A stretch of 64,000 nt of DNA, from positions 1 to 64,000 of the IMG/VR virus record IMGVR_UViG_3300042396_000723. One strand, given 5' to 3'. The position numbers were made by a program, and so were the translations under genes. Below are positions 26,617-36,512 of the stretch, one piece after another. A model generated the notes under the pieces. The model had not been told where the DNA came from and ran no database searches. It saw nothing but the letters and a program-made list of their open reading frames with translations. Source of the DNA: a virus. Positions within the stretch are counted from its first letter, which is position 1, and each line of letters begins with the position of its first letter.

Positions 26617-27164
26617 TTAACAAAAACCGCCATATCCAAAAGCCTGCCGTGCGGTCTAAATTCCCACTGTTTAAGAAACTCTTTCATATCTTCTAGTCCC
26701 AAGGTTGTGGCTTCTATCTCAACTTCTCTATCTAAAATCCCCTCCTCTTGTGTCCAATACTTAACACCATCATTAGGGTTGTTGTTATCATATGCAGGTT
26801 TTCGTTTCATTAAAATATATTCCTCGGAAAATTTCAAGGTTTCATTCTTTGGATTTGGAATGCCTAAACCTTGAATCCTAGCGGGAATTTTATTAATTAT
26901 ATCCAAGGACAAATTCTCGTCTTCTCCGGTTACATTGTAAAGCTCAACAGACCAATTAAATGATTCCTTTGAACACAAAAAAGCAAGGTTAGATGGGAAT
27001 ATAGTTGGAAGGTCTTCTGAACGTGAATATAATGATCCAAGCTCATCATTAGCCCTTCGGCAAGCATTGTACCGATAAAGCGTTCTTTTTAGCCACTGAT
27101 AACGCCAATTAGTAATATTATATTTTTGGTCTTCATAATAAGATCGAATGCCTCTAGCTTCCAT
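26613..27164 (-). CDS. hypothetical protein
   Basis: 183-aa ORF. Confidence 0.5.
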   Translation of the reverse strand: MEARGIRSYYEDQKYNITNWRYQWLKRTLYRYNACRRANDELGSLYSRSEDLPTIFPSNLAFLCSKESFNWSVELYNVTGEDENLSLDIINKIPARIQGLGIPNPKNETLKFSEEYILMKRKPAYDNNNPNDGVKYWTQEEGILDREVEIEATTLGLEDMKEFLKQWEFRPHGRLLDMAVFVN

Positions 27165-27189
27165 TTTATTCTCCTATTTTTGATTGTTT

Positions 27190-29520
27190 TCAAGTATCCG
27201 AACCCTCGCCAACAAGATAACGTGCTGGTTCAAAGTACGGGTACGAATACGGGGAGATTCTAGCCCATTTTACCACTTTTCCTTCTGAATCAAGAATTGG
27301 TGAACCTCTTAGCCGCTCTGATTCTACTACCTCGGCGAAATAGTTCTCTGATGTACGGTCAAAGCCTTCATAAGTGCCCGGAGGAGCTGCTACAGGTTTT
27401 AAATCAATATAATATCTATAGGGTCTAACACTACTTCTCCCGTGTGCGCTAAATTTAGTCTCAAGCTCAAAGATAAAATAACTGGTATTTGTTAACGGTT
27501 TTTTTGGACGCTCCAATAAATTCCAGAATATCCAATCTTTTTGATTCCACAAGGATTGAGGCTTAATGTAATCAGGGATTGATTCTATTGGGAAATAACG
27601 ATTTAATGATAGGTCTGTTGTAAAATCAGGTATTGGGTTTGTAGCCCAAGTACCAGGAATTGTCCCCGCTATTTGTGGGTAGCAAATCGGATTACCTGAG
27701 AAACCATTGTCCGACGCTCCTAGGTTGGAAATTGAAATCAAATTAAACCTAGCGTTGCCAGTCCCTCTGTTGTCATAAAATGACCGATATCTGGGGGTTT
27801 TCTCTTGAGTTGATATTTCGTAGCCGATAACAAATTGTTTTGTTTCTGTTAAAGGTTCTGGGTATGTTTTTAAAGATTCTGAAACAATAGAAAATGTTTT
27901 TTTATCTATTGTAAACGTTTTACAATATTTCCAACTGTCTTTTTTGGGTCTGGCATTACTTGTAATTACACCCGTCCCATAACGACTTACCTTGCTATAT
28001 TCATCTCCAATAAAAGGCACGGTATCGGGTGACTGTATCCATCCTTGAGTTACTGATCCAGAATTATAATCATACGTTTCATCGGGTAACTGTTTTCCTG
28101 TCTCCCACTCTCTAATTGTTCCATACAATATTGAAGCATAAATATTTTCTTTATCCATACTGACACGCCCAACAAAAGCCTCTGAAACTATAGGCTGTTC
28201 AGTCGGTCGCCATTCTGTTGCAGGGATATTGCTTTGAATGTATTCACCAGTTCCACTGCCAATTTCACCATTTATATCCCCCGTTTCTGTATCCCAATAA
28301 CTAAGTTTATAATGTTCTGCGGGTGCATCGGGAATAAATTTAACCTTTGTTGCTCTTGTTGGAAATTCAATTGGAAGGGTTAGTTCTTGTGTTTTTCCTT
28401 TTGATTGGTAGTTTAAAATAATGGAAGAATACCGACCTTTGAATCTCAAGGAATAAACCGGAATCTCCTCCTCAACAGGATCAGGATAGATTTCCCCATT
28501 AGCGTCTGTATTACATCCAGATGGTGAAACGCCTCTGACAAATCGAAGGGAGCCGGGGATGCCCCAGTAAGCTAAGATTTGATTTAAGTAGCTCTCGATA
28601 GCACCCTTTTTATCAAGTTGGCACATAACAGCAAAATATCCATTTTTATGTGCTTCGTCAGATGCTTCCCCTGCTGCTTCAGGGATAAAAGATTGGTGCG
28701 CTGAAATATTGACAGTGTTAATATCAGAATCTATAAGAGGATACCAAGCCCAATTATTTAATACTTGACTACATGAAACAACTCGACACATATCAAGATC
28801 CAAAACAGTTAGCATTCGACTCATTGTATAAAAACCAAAATCCTCCTCGTCTTCCCAATTGACGTATCTCATGACATTCGGTGCTGTTGCGTAGTAATTA
28901 ATGTATGCCGTTTCCTCACTCAAAAGTAAAGCCGTTGGTGCTGAAAATCTATAATATTCTTTCTTCCAGTTTGGAATTTTTGGGGTTCTAAACCCTATTT
29001 TTATTAGCCCCGCAGGGTAAGGGATGGGATCGAGAAGGGGGCAATGCTGTGGGCTTTGAGTTGGTGCTACTCCTAGCAAAAAATTCGGATCTGGATTCTC
29101 TTGCCAATTTTTCCAAAATCCATAAAAATTAGGATCGTAAACCTGAGTTTCTTTATTGGGATAAGTAGACTGCCCCGCTATTTTGAAAATTTGATAAAAT
29201 GAAACAGGGCTATTCCCACCCTGTAAATCGTAAAATAAAGTAACTAACTTGCTTTGGGGTGTATCAGATGTATTTGTGCCTGGTCTTCTCTCGTCGTTTA
29301 GAGCGTCTTCCTCTGTGGCATAGACTCCCGTGGGTTCGGGAATTTCAAGACAGCATTCTACGCCCGTATTACCAGGTGACAATATTTTTCTCCACGATGT
29401 TGTTCCCCCCGTAAAAACAAATTCCCTGTCATTTTCTTGAAGTTTTGAATAGAGGAAAGCAAAATCAAGTTTATTAATTATTGCCTCTGTAGAGAATTTA
29501 TAAGCTCCGTTAATTTTCAT
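27190..29520 (-). CDS. large hypothetical protein (putative virion/tail-associated)
   Basis: 776-aa ORF coupled by a 4-nt overlap to the upstream gene; aromatic/Gly-rich. Confidence 0.55.
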   Translation of the reverse strand: MKINGAYKFSTEAIINKLDFAFLYSKLQENDREFVFTGGTTSWRKILSPGNTGVECCLEIPEPTGVYATEEDALNDERRPGTNTSDTPQSKLVTLFYDLQGGNSPVSFYQIFKIAGQSTYPNKETQVYDPNFYGFWKNWQENPDPNFLLGVAPTQSPQHCPLLDPIPYPAGLIKIGFRTPKIPNWKKEYYRFSAPTALLLSEETAYINYYATAPNVMRYVNWEDEEDFGFYTMSRMLTVLDLDMCRVVSCSQVLNNWAWYPLIDSDINTVNISAHQSFIPEAAGEASDEAHKNGYFAVMCQLDKKGAIESYLNQILAYWGIPGSLRFVRGVSPSGCNTDANGEIYPDPVEEEIPVYSLRFKGRYSSIILNYQSKGKTQELTLPIEFPTRATKVKFIPDAPAEHYKLSYWDTETGDINGEIGSGTGEYIQSNIPATEWRPTEQPIVSEAFVGRVSMDKENIYASILYGTIREWETGKQLPDETYDYNSGSVTQGWIQSPDTVPFIGDEYSKVSRYGTGVITSNARPKKDSWKYCKTFTIDKKTFSIVSESLKTYPEPLTETKQFVIGYEISTQEKTPRYRSFYDNRGTGNARFNLISISNLGASDNGFSGNPICYPQIAGTIPGTWATNPIPDFTTDLSLNRYFPIESIPDYIKPQSLWNQKDWIFWNLLERPKKPLTNTSYFIFELETKFSAHGRSSVRPYRYYIDLKPVAAPPGTYEGFDRTSENYFAEVVESERLRGSPILDSEGKVVKWARISPYSYPYFEPARYLVGEGSDT

Positions 29521-30410
29521 ATTATTATTATCTCCTGAGAATCAAAATAGACCTTAGTTTTTAAAGATTCAGAATAAAACGATTCATTTTTCGATACAAC
29601 ATCTCCCGCAAAAGCCACCAATGAATCACTATTATACAGGAATAATATATTATAATCCGATGTTGATTCAGTTTTTATATACTCAACTTCGGACGCAAAC
29701 TTGATGGCAACAAATGGGCTAAGGGTTGTAACAGTTGAAAAAGAGATATCAGTATAATTTACTGGTTTTGTTGATGCTATGATTAGATTATTCAAAACAT
29801 CTTCAGATTTATTCGTGACAACGCCGTTTTTATCTACTATCAGTTCCGATAAAGAACCCGACAGGGAGCCAAACCCAGTAAACCAATCTACATCGCTACT
29901 AAACCACGTCAGACATTCCCTAGAGAAGCAATCCAATGGCGGTGCGGTGGTAACATTCCGATCCTTCTTATCGTAATTTGAAACAGTTATAACTTCGTTT
30001 ATCCCATCTTCATCTATCCTGAACAAATAGAGTGATTTGGCTTTATTTGCCTTAGTAGATGGGATTGAAATATCGTTATAGCCAACGTAAACGGGCGACG
30101 ATTCCGGTCGGGTATAGGCAAAGGGATTTTTAATTGATACTGTCCCTATGGGTGAGTTCAAAAACTCGGCTTCAGTGTTTAGACATAACCATTCCGAGTT
30201 GGTTGTGGAGTGAAACATCGGGACAATAGTTGATATTCCTAGGCCATAACTAACGGTTGAGTCCCATTGTTTCTTAGCTACCAACTCCAAAAATTCCACT
30301 GTTGGCAGTAACGAAACCGAACTAACATAATCAGTCGTCGTTGGCATTTCTCCCTCTGATCTCTCCAATAATATTCTAACACCCAAACCCATAAAACAAA
30401 AAGCCACCAA
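29517..30410 (-). CDS. hypothetical protein (putative virion-associated)
   Basis: 297-aa ORF. Confidence 0.5.
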   Translation of the reverse strand: MVAFCFMGLGVRILLERSEGEMPTTTDYVSSVSLLPTVEFLELVAKKQWDSTVSYGLGISTIVPMFHSTTNSEWLCLNTEAEFLNSPIGTVSIKNPFAYTRPESSPVYVGYNDISIPSTKANKAKSLYLFRIDEDGINEVITVSNYDKKDRNVTTAPPLDCFSRECLTWFSSDVDWFTGFGSLSGSLSELIVDKNGVVTNKSEDVLNNLIIASTKPVNYTDISFSTVTTLSPFVAIKFASEVEYIKTESTSDYNILFLYNSDSLVAFAGDVVSKNESFYSESLKTKVYFDSQEIIII

Positions 30411-30678
30411 GCGGATGCCAGGTAACTTTAAGAGAGAATCTTTCCACCAATATTATTATAACACGAAAACATTAACATAATCAGTCGTTGTTGGCATTGC
30501 GATCGCACTCCTCGTCCACGGGATAAAAAACTATATATCCCTTTGAGTTTATCGTTGCTTTGCACTTAATTGTCTTCCCTTGATTGTCGAGTAAATACCC
30601 TACAATCGACGGCGTAGCTATTTCCGTTGGTGCTGTTTCTGTTGTCATTCTATTTCCTCAATTCTTATCTAAATTTGT

Positions 30679-30957
30679 TCATGTTGATCTTTTCCACGCT
30701 TTTCTACAATCTTCAGAAGTGAACTTGTACAGTGTTCCTTTATCACGAGATACCTTGCCACCTTTACGACCTATCTCAGTCATGTAGTCTTTGTTTCGTG
30801 ATGTGGAAACCCCGCCATCGCTACACTCGTCTGGCGTGAATTTATGAAGCGTTCCTTTATCGTGAGATGCTTTACCGCCTTTGCTAGAAATCTCCCGACG
30901 TTTTTCTGGACTCATGGCGGCGAAACCACATTTCTTTTTCTTATTTTCTGATTTCAT
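30679..30957 (-). CDS. KGG-repeat stress-protein-like protein
   Basis: Two repeats EISSKGGKASHDKGTLHKFTPDE / EIGRKGGKVSRDKGTLYKFTSED typical of the KGG motif. Confidence 0.5.
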   Translation of the reverse strand: MKSENKKKKCGFAAMSPEKRREISSKGGKASHDKGTLHKFTPDECSDGGVSTSRNKDYMTEIGRKGGKVSRDKGTLYKFTSEDCRKAWKRST

Positions 30958-31081
30958 AATTTTACTAACATCTAAGTTAATATTTATTTTAACACAAATA
31001 CCTTATAATAAAGAAAAAGTATCTGAGTTTGTAGAGAATCTCAGATACTTTTAAAAAGCAAACACACAAAGCAACAACATA

Positions 31082-31633
31082 ATGATTATACAACAACTTT
31101 CACTATTTGAAACACAACCCGTAATTCTTGATTCAAACGAAAATTATACCCCGTCTGATTTGATTGATTTAGTCCATGAGTTTTATGGATTTCCTGAATT
31201 AGACCCTTTTAGCTGTGAACTTGCCAACCGAACGGTAAAAGCTCAAAAGATATTTACAATTCAAGATGATGGATTCAAACAGAACTGGAGACGGGCTAAA
31301 ACACTCTGGTTAAACCCTCCCTACAGCGCGGGATTTATTGAGAAGGTTGTTGATAAATTGATTGCAACATTGAACGAGACTGAAGCGGAAGCATTCTTGT
31401 TAACCAATACCGACAACAGTACGGTTTGGTACAAAAAGGCTTTGAATCGGTGCGATCGCTTCTGTCTACCGTCAACTCGGTTAACTTTTTATTCCCCAAG
31501 ACGGGCAGTGGAGGGGAAGAAACAAAACCAAAACCGATTCTCCCAAACTCTATTTTATTTCGGATTGCAACCTCAAAGATTTGAGGAAATTTTTGAGGGT
31601 TGGGGAACTGTTTGTCAGACTTCTAAATGGTAA
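31082..31633 (+). CDS. phage Dam-like DNA N6-adenine methyltransferase
   Basis: LNPPYS motif IV (N/DPPY) in a 183-aa protein, the size of phage Dam-family enzymes. Confidence 0.5.
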   Translation: MIIQQLSLFETQPVILDSNENYTPSDLIDLVHEFYGFPELDPFSCELANRTVKAQKIFTIQDDGFKQNWRRAKTLWLNPPYSAGFIEKVVDKLIATLNETEAEAFLLTNTDNSTVWYKKALNRCDRFCLPSTRLTFYSPRRAVEGKKQNQNRFSQTLFYFGLQPQRFEEIFEGWGTVCQTSKW

Positions 31634-31640
31634 AAAATAA

Positions 31641-31667
31641 CCCCTGTAAATTAATTTACAGGGGTTT
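31641..31667. terminator. bidirectional intrinsic terminator
   Basis: Perfect 24-bp palindrome CCCCTGTAAATTAATTTACAGGGG flanked by A- and T-tracts. Confidence 0.75.
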
Positions 31668-31691
31668 AAAGTTTTAGCTATTAATCACTGG

Positions 31692-31904
31692 TTATATATC
31701 GCCACGACTGACCTCGCGCCGAAGATCCAGGTCTTTATTTAAAACAAATACTCCATCTTGGAGTTCAATCAAATAGCCTGGTTTCAGTGCTTCAAAGATA
31801 GATCCTTGACACCGATCTGCTTTTTTATAATCCCCTGTAGACGCTAACTTGCCTTCCACGAAATTCAGAAAACCATCTTTGTTAAAGATTTTAATATCTC
31901 TCAT
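31692..31904 (-). CDS. hypothetical protein
   Basis: 70-aa ORF. Confidence 0.4.
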   Translation of the reverse strand: MRDIKIFNKDGFLNFVEGKLASTGDYKKADRCQGSIFEALKPGYLIELQDGVFVLNKDLDLRREVSRGDI

Positions 31905-31962
31905 TTGCTTTGTCCTTTATCAATCATTAATTTAGGGTGCTTTTTATTTGTTGAAACTTAAC

Positions 31963-32160
31963 CTATAAAGTAATCGTTTTTCCTGTTAAAAGATTTTCGA
32001 GAGCAACTCGATTTTCCATTAGGTGAATGGACTCTCCATCAAGACACTGAGATCCTATCTCGCCCTTTCTAATTTTCAAACAGTGGCTTGTTTTATTTGT
32101 CATTACCACCACAGGAATAGGGGGATAAGGTGGGGCTACTATGTATGCCGATAATTTCAT
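31963..32160 (-). CDS. hypothetical protein
   Basis: 65-aa ORF. Confidence 0.3.
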   Translation of the reverse strand: MKLSAYIVAPPYPPIPVVVMTNKTSHCLKIRKGEIGSQCLDGESIHLMENRVALENLLTGKTITL

Positions 32161-32213
32161 AATTATTGATTTAGTCCTCTGCGCTAACTCCTATTATAGT
32201 ACAAATCAAACCC

Positions 32214-32681
32214 TCAATATCTCCGCCTTAAATATTCTGCCAATAATAACGCCTCTGCCCTCCCGTGATGTTTTTCGAGTTTAAGATTGTTAGTTTCACC
32301 TGGAAACATCTGCAACGCCATCACCCTTGACGCTTTCTTATCTTTTCCTATTAGGCTGTAGTGCTTTTTCCATGCCTGGGGAGTAACAAACTCCATCGGG
32401 ATTCCTAGCGTTGCAATAATCCCAAGCCAAATCCCAAAACCCATCCCAAAGTTAAAAGTAGAAGATACCCCTTGCTTGGGCATTGCATGAACATTCTCAA
32501 TAATTAGGTGAGTATTGATGGTGATCATTTCCTTCAGTCCAGATGCCATTAATGTCGGGTTGGGGCGTATCTTTCCACTAATCTTAATCACTGGACAGTC
32601 GAGAAATTTAACCTCACCATTAGAAATCCTACACACTGCCCCCGTCGCTCCGGGGTCAATTCCGATAAATGTTTTAGTCAT
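32214..32681 (-). CDS. RuvC-like Holliday junction resolvase
   Basis: N-terminal FIGIDPGATGAV and C-terminal HGRAEALLLAEY match RuvC/YqgF family signatures. Confidence 0.7.
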   Translation of the reverse strand: MTKTFIGIDPGATGAVCRISNGEVKFLDCPVIKISGKIRPNPTLMASGLKEMITINTHLIIENVHAMPKQGVSSTFNFGMGFGIWLGIIATLGIPMEFVTPQAWKKHYSLIGKDKKASRVMALQMFPGETNNLKLEKHHGRAEALLLAEYLRRRY

Positions 32682-32994
32682 TATCCGTTGTTGTTTGTAA
32701 ATAGTTGATAACAGATGGGCTATAGTCAGATATTAAAATTCTTTCAATTGCCCAAGAGAAGTTGTATTTATCAATTTTTTCACCAAGTCTTCTGCTTAGA
32801 ATTTTAAATATTATTCTGATTTTATCGCCAATATAAGCAGATCCATAATTTAGATTTTTGGCAATCTCAGGATAAGTATTGTCGTTTAATATTCCCTCGA
32901 GAATCTTTCTAGTCAAGCTATCAAGATGTTTTCCGGTCTCGGAAAATACCAAACTATCAACCAACCAGATATATTCTAACTGTTCCCTAGTCAC
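32674..32994 (-). CDS. hypothetical protein
   Basis: 106-aa ORF. Confidence 0.4.
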   Translation of the reverse strand: MTREQLEYIWLVDSLVFSETGKHLDSLTRKILEGILNDNTYPEIAKNLNYGSAYIGDKIRIIFKILSRRLGEKIDKYNFSWAIERILISDYSPSVINYLQTTTDND

Positions 32995-33319
32995 CTATAA
33001 AATCTCCCTCCGCATGGTAGATCCCATTATGAATTTTAAAACCTTCAATATTCTCGGTTTCAATATCCGAAAAACTTACCCGTTCACTAACCATCCAGAT
33101 TAGTAATTTTTCTAAAGTGTCAAAAGCTGGAAGGTGTGGCAGTTCAAGCCTTAATCTATCGGGTGTTCCAAAAGCACCTTTAAAGTGAGTGCTGAATTTA
33201 AAGATAGAATAATGGCGATCGCTTACCCCTCTTGATATTTTTTCCACTTCATCGAGTAGGCATCCTAAGTTTTCCATCCTAAGTTTTCCATCCTTTCTTA
33301 GCACTGTTGGCATCCGCAA
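32987..33319 (-). CDS. hypothetical protein
   Basis: 110-aa ORF. Confidence 0.4.
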   Translation of the reverse strand: MRMPTVLRKDGKLRMENLGCLLDEVEKISRGVSDRHYSIFKFSTHFKGAFGTPDRLRLELPHLPAFDTLEKLLIWMVSERVSFSDIETENIEGFKIHNGIYHAEGDFIGD

Positions 33320-33554
33320 AAGCTATATGATCTCGCGTTATTTGCCACTCGTAACGAGGTCTTAGTCCCTCTCCAATCCTAACACAATCCGAGTCTGTAT
33401 CAGTCAGAGGAGTCACACCATTCTGATATTTGAACAGGGTCTTAGTCACCCAATTGACATCGGTTAATAATTGATTCCCGCCGCGTTTTCTGGCAGTGGT
33501 AACAACTAACTCGGCAATCTCTGGATAATTTGATTTAACTTTTGACTTTTTCAT
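33279..33554 (-). CDS. hypothetical protein
   Basis: 91-aa ORF. Confidence 0.4.
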   Translation of the reverse strand: MKKSKVKSNYPEIAELVVTTARKRGGNQLLTDVNWVTKTLFKYQNGVTPLTDTDSDCVRIGEGLRPRYEWQITRDHIAFADANSAKKGWKT

Positions 33555-33884
33555 TTAAAATTCTTGATTGTTGTCTATGGTTTTCTTGAACTCTGAACCA
33601 ACGGGAGCTAAGTTTTCTCGCCAGCTTAACCATCGGGTTTGTTGGTTTAGTTTGGCGGCGTTATAGTCTTCTAGTGTGATGTTCCAATCCTCAACAGGAG
33701 CAAACTCTAAACCAAGATCAAGAATGGTTTTGACAGCCCCTTCACGGGGGTATTTGGCTTTAGGGTTTGTCGTCCGGTGATAGAGTGTCATCAAAATAAA
33801 GTCTTTGTTTTTGGGGATGGGATTGGGTTCTGGGATTAACAGGATTTGACTGTAGACTGATTCGACTACTTCTGGATATTGCAT
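33555..33884 (-). CDS. hypothetical protein
   Basis: 109-aa ORF. Confidence 0.45.
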   Translation of the reverse strand: MQYPEVVESVYSQILLIPEPNPIPKNKDFILMTLYHRTTNPKAKYPREGAVKTILDLGLEFAPVEDWNITLEDYNAAKLNQQTRWLSWRENLAPVGSEFKKTIDNNQEF

Positions 33885-33891
33885 GAGGTTA

Positions 33892-34659
33892 TTAAGCTCT
33901 TGACGGTATCTTGTTAGTGTTGTCAGATGGAACTATTGAGGTAATACTTGAATCCCCATAATTATTCCACTGAACTATATTTGTCGCCTGCTTCCAGAGT
34001 TGTTGCACTCGGACTTTGTGAGGTAAAAATTCTTCGCTACAAAACTTTCCGAAGTAATCTATATCCCCATCATAACAATCAGTAATTAAATCCCTGGGAT
34101 ATTCAAAATCATAAATCCCGTAAATATTGTTAAAGTTTGCATCGGAATGTTTACCAGATCCCTCCCACAAACCAAATTGACCCCGAAACCACCCTCGACT
34201 TATATCTTCTCTCTTTTGGAATTGTTTACGTCTTTGTATCTCGTATTCGTAACCGTCAATCTCGCTACAGTCTTCCTGTTCATCAGGAGCGTAAAGCATC
34301 CCTATTGCTGTTTCCGAGTCAGGATCATAATGTGATGATATCCCGTTATCAAGCAAAGAAATCCCAACTAAAAGAATAAGCCCTTTGCAATTACAGTTTT
34401 CTATATTCTCCTTAATCTTCCGAACAGTTGCATCGTAATCATGGAACGGATAAACGGGTTTAACCTCAACAAATATCAATTCTTGTCTCCCTACTATCAC
34501 AAAGTCAGGTATCCATCCATCAAAATCGCAAGGTTCATATTCCCATTTCCAATTAAGTAAATCAAAGAAAGCCGCCCACTTAGCTTCTAATCTTGACCGG
34601 AATTGAATCCCATTATATCGAGTGGGTTTGTTTTTGATGGTGTAGTCAAATCCTTTCAT
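33892..34659 (-). CDS. PD-(D/E)xK-type nuclease-like protein
   Basis: FRSRLEAKWAAFFD...WIPDFVIV...ELIFVEVKP fits a PD...EVK active-site arrangement. Confidence 0.4.
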   Translation of the reverse strand: MKGFDYTIKNKPTRYNGIQFRSRLEAKWAAFFDLLNWKWEYEPCDFDGWIPDFVIVGRQELIFVEVKPVYPFHDYDATVRKIKENIENCNCKGLILLVGISLLDNGISSHYDPDSETAIGMLYAPDEQEDCSEIDGYEYEIQRRKQFQKREDISRGWFRGQFGLWEGSGKHSDANFNNIYGIYDFEYPRDLITDCYDGDIDYFGKFCSEEFLPHKVRVQQLWKQATNIVQWNNYGDSSITSIVPSDNTNKIPSRA

Positions 34660-34695
34660 GTTTTCCTCTTATTTGCTAATGTTTGCAATTCAAAA

Positions 34696-35316
34696 TTACC
34701 AACTCGGATTACCGCCATTAACGGCATCCGTCATGTATTTAGTTCTACGATGCCAACCCGACTTAAACACGGTTTGAGAAGGTCTACTGGTATAAATTGA
34801 GGTGTAATAACTATCTTGAGACTTGAGATAGTTTAACGCCTGTTCCTGCGGTGTTGACCCTGAGATATCCCACTTTTTACCACTATTAACATAACTATTC
34901 ATAATAGCTAAATTAAGCGGTTTCTGGGCTTTATCTGCACCTGAAGCTATCCAGTAGTCGGTGTGATATATCTTTATTGCTTGGGGTAAAGTTATTGAGG
35001 AAACGTTTAACCCGTGCCGTTTGGCTACACTTTCAATAATACCATACTTGGTTTTCCCACCGCCATCGGCAGGGTGATCCGACCAACCTCCTTCTACCTT
35101 CAAAATGTGACTTATAGCCCATGCAAAACCCTCGTCATTTATACCAGCTTGACTAACAGCTTTCTTAATCTCTTCAGGGGCTTGTGCTTTGGAAATATCA
35201 CCGGAAACATTACCCGATGGATTAGCACCCGTTACTGATTGAATTGCGGGGGATTGTAATAAATTGATAAGTGTAAACCCCGTTACCCCTAACATCATTA
35301 AGTTATTGAAAATCAT
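34696..35316 (-). CDS. GH108-family lysozyme with N-terminal membrane/signal segment
   Basis: ILKVEGGWSDHPADGGGKTKYGI matches the GH108 catalytic motif; hydrophobic N-terminus. Confidence 0.6.
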   Translation of the reverse strand: MIFNNLMMLGVTGFTLINLLQSPAIQSVTGANPSGNVSGDISKAQAPEEIKKAVSQAGINDEGFAWAISHILKVEGGWSDHPADGGGKTKYGIIESVAKRHGLNVSSITLPQAIKIYHTDYWIASGADKAQKPLNLAIMNSYVNSGKKWDISGSTPQEQALNYLKSQDSYYTSIYTSRPSQTVFKSGWHRRTKYMTDAVNGGNPSW

Positions 35317-35909
35317 TTTTTCGGCTCCATTATTGGGATTACTTTTTTAGGGTCAATATATTTCCCGTTGAGTTTTATTCCTAAGTGCAGGTGATTTCCG
35401 GTTGATGTTCCCGTAGTACCAACTAGAGCTATGGGAGTACCTGCTTTGACCGACTGACCCTTTTGAGCTAAAACTTTCGAGGCGTGGCAGTATTTGGACA
35501 GGTAGCCACCTGAGTGATTGATCTCAACTGCATTGCCACAACCGCCCATGTCACCCGCAAAAGACACCTGACCATCGGCAACGGCTAAGATGTTTGCACC
35601 CCCCGGCGCTGCAAAATCAATCCCGTTGTGCATTTTTTGCCCTCCCGTTACAGGATGCTCTCTCATACCAAACCCAGAAGATATTGTGTAAGGGGTTGAA
35701 TGGGGATAGATAAACTTAGGGGCGTTTTTACCTAACGTAATTGTTTCTGATGTTGTTGTTGATTGGGATTGAGGAACTGAGGTAGAGGGTGATCCAAACT
35801 TAAAAATGCTAAAGCCCACAAGCAAAACAGAAACGAAACACCAGAACCAAACATCATCAAGCTGTTCCTCACAATCCCTTATCCTCTCCTCCAATTTCCG
35901 GTTCAACAT
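35313..35909 (-). CDS. M23 family peptidase (LytM-like) with N-terminal TM segment
   Basis: HNGIDFAAP...INHSGGYLSKYCH...GTTGTSTGNHLHLGI motifs. Confidence 0.75.
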   Translation of the reverse strand: MLNRKLEERIRDCEEQLDDVWFWCFVSVLLVGFSIFKFGSPSTSVPQSQSTTTSETITLGKNAPKFIYPHSTPYTISSGFGMREHPVTGGQKMHNGIDFAAPGGANILAVADGQVSFAGDMGGCGNAVEINHSGGYLSKYCHASKVLAQKGQSVKAGTPIALVGTTGTSTGNHLHLGIKLNGKYIDPKKVIPIMEPKK

Positions 35910-35913
35910 TGCC

Positions 35914-36264
35914 TTATTTTCCCCCCATATCTTGCTTGCCTATTTGTTCTGATTTATCGTTTTTGGGAACGTCAAGGTTGTAGCGCGATCGCAAGCCACC
36001 TAATTTAAACTCGCCACTAAATAGGTTTTTAGCTGTCTCTTTCTTTTCGGGTTTAGTGGAATCGGAAGATTTTTTATCATCGGTTTTGGGTTCTTCTTTA
36101 GGTTTTGCCCAGTCCTCCTTGGGTATCTGCCTAGTTATTTCTGGGATGGTTTTTACCGTTTCGGCTACACCCTTTTTAAACCACCAAGGGATTGACTGAT
36201 TCCAACAAAAGTAAATCAGAAATACCCAACCCAGAACAGATCCAAAATAGAATAAAACTCTCAT
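35914..36264 (-). CDS. membrane protein
   Basis: 116 aa; N-terminal TM helix, then lysine-rich tail. Confidence 0.45.
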   Translation of the reverse strand: MRVLFYFGSVLGWVFLIYFCWNQSIPWWFKKGVAETVKTIPEITRQIPKEDWAKPKEEPKTDDKKSSDSTKPEKKETAKNLFSGEFKLGGLRSRYNLDVPKNDKSEQIGKQDMGGK

Positions 36265-36500
36265 TATTTAACATCCTCCAGTGATTCAATTGGGGTAATG
36301 GTTGAATCGGAATCGTCACCTTGACCGGGGGGAAGTTGACGATTATTTGTGGCATTTATAGACCCGCCGAACCAATAGGTTAAAGTCCCTACACTTTTCT
36401 CGAATAATGTCTTGATAGCGGTTTCAACTGTCATCCCTCTGACTCCAAAAAAGACAAGTAAAGTTAGCGCAGAAACGAAAACAATTCTTGAGGGTTTCAT
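36264..36500 (-). CDS. small membrane protein
   Basis: 78 aa with N-terminal TM helix; start overlaps the upstream stop. Confidence 0.45.
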   Translation of the reverse strand: MKPSRIVFVSALTLLVFFGVRGMTVETAIKTLFEKSVGTLTYWFGGSINATNNRQLPPGQGDDSDSTITPIESLEDVK

Positions 36501-36512
36501 AAGTAAAGGCTC

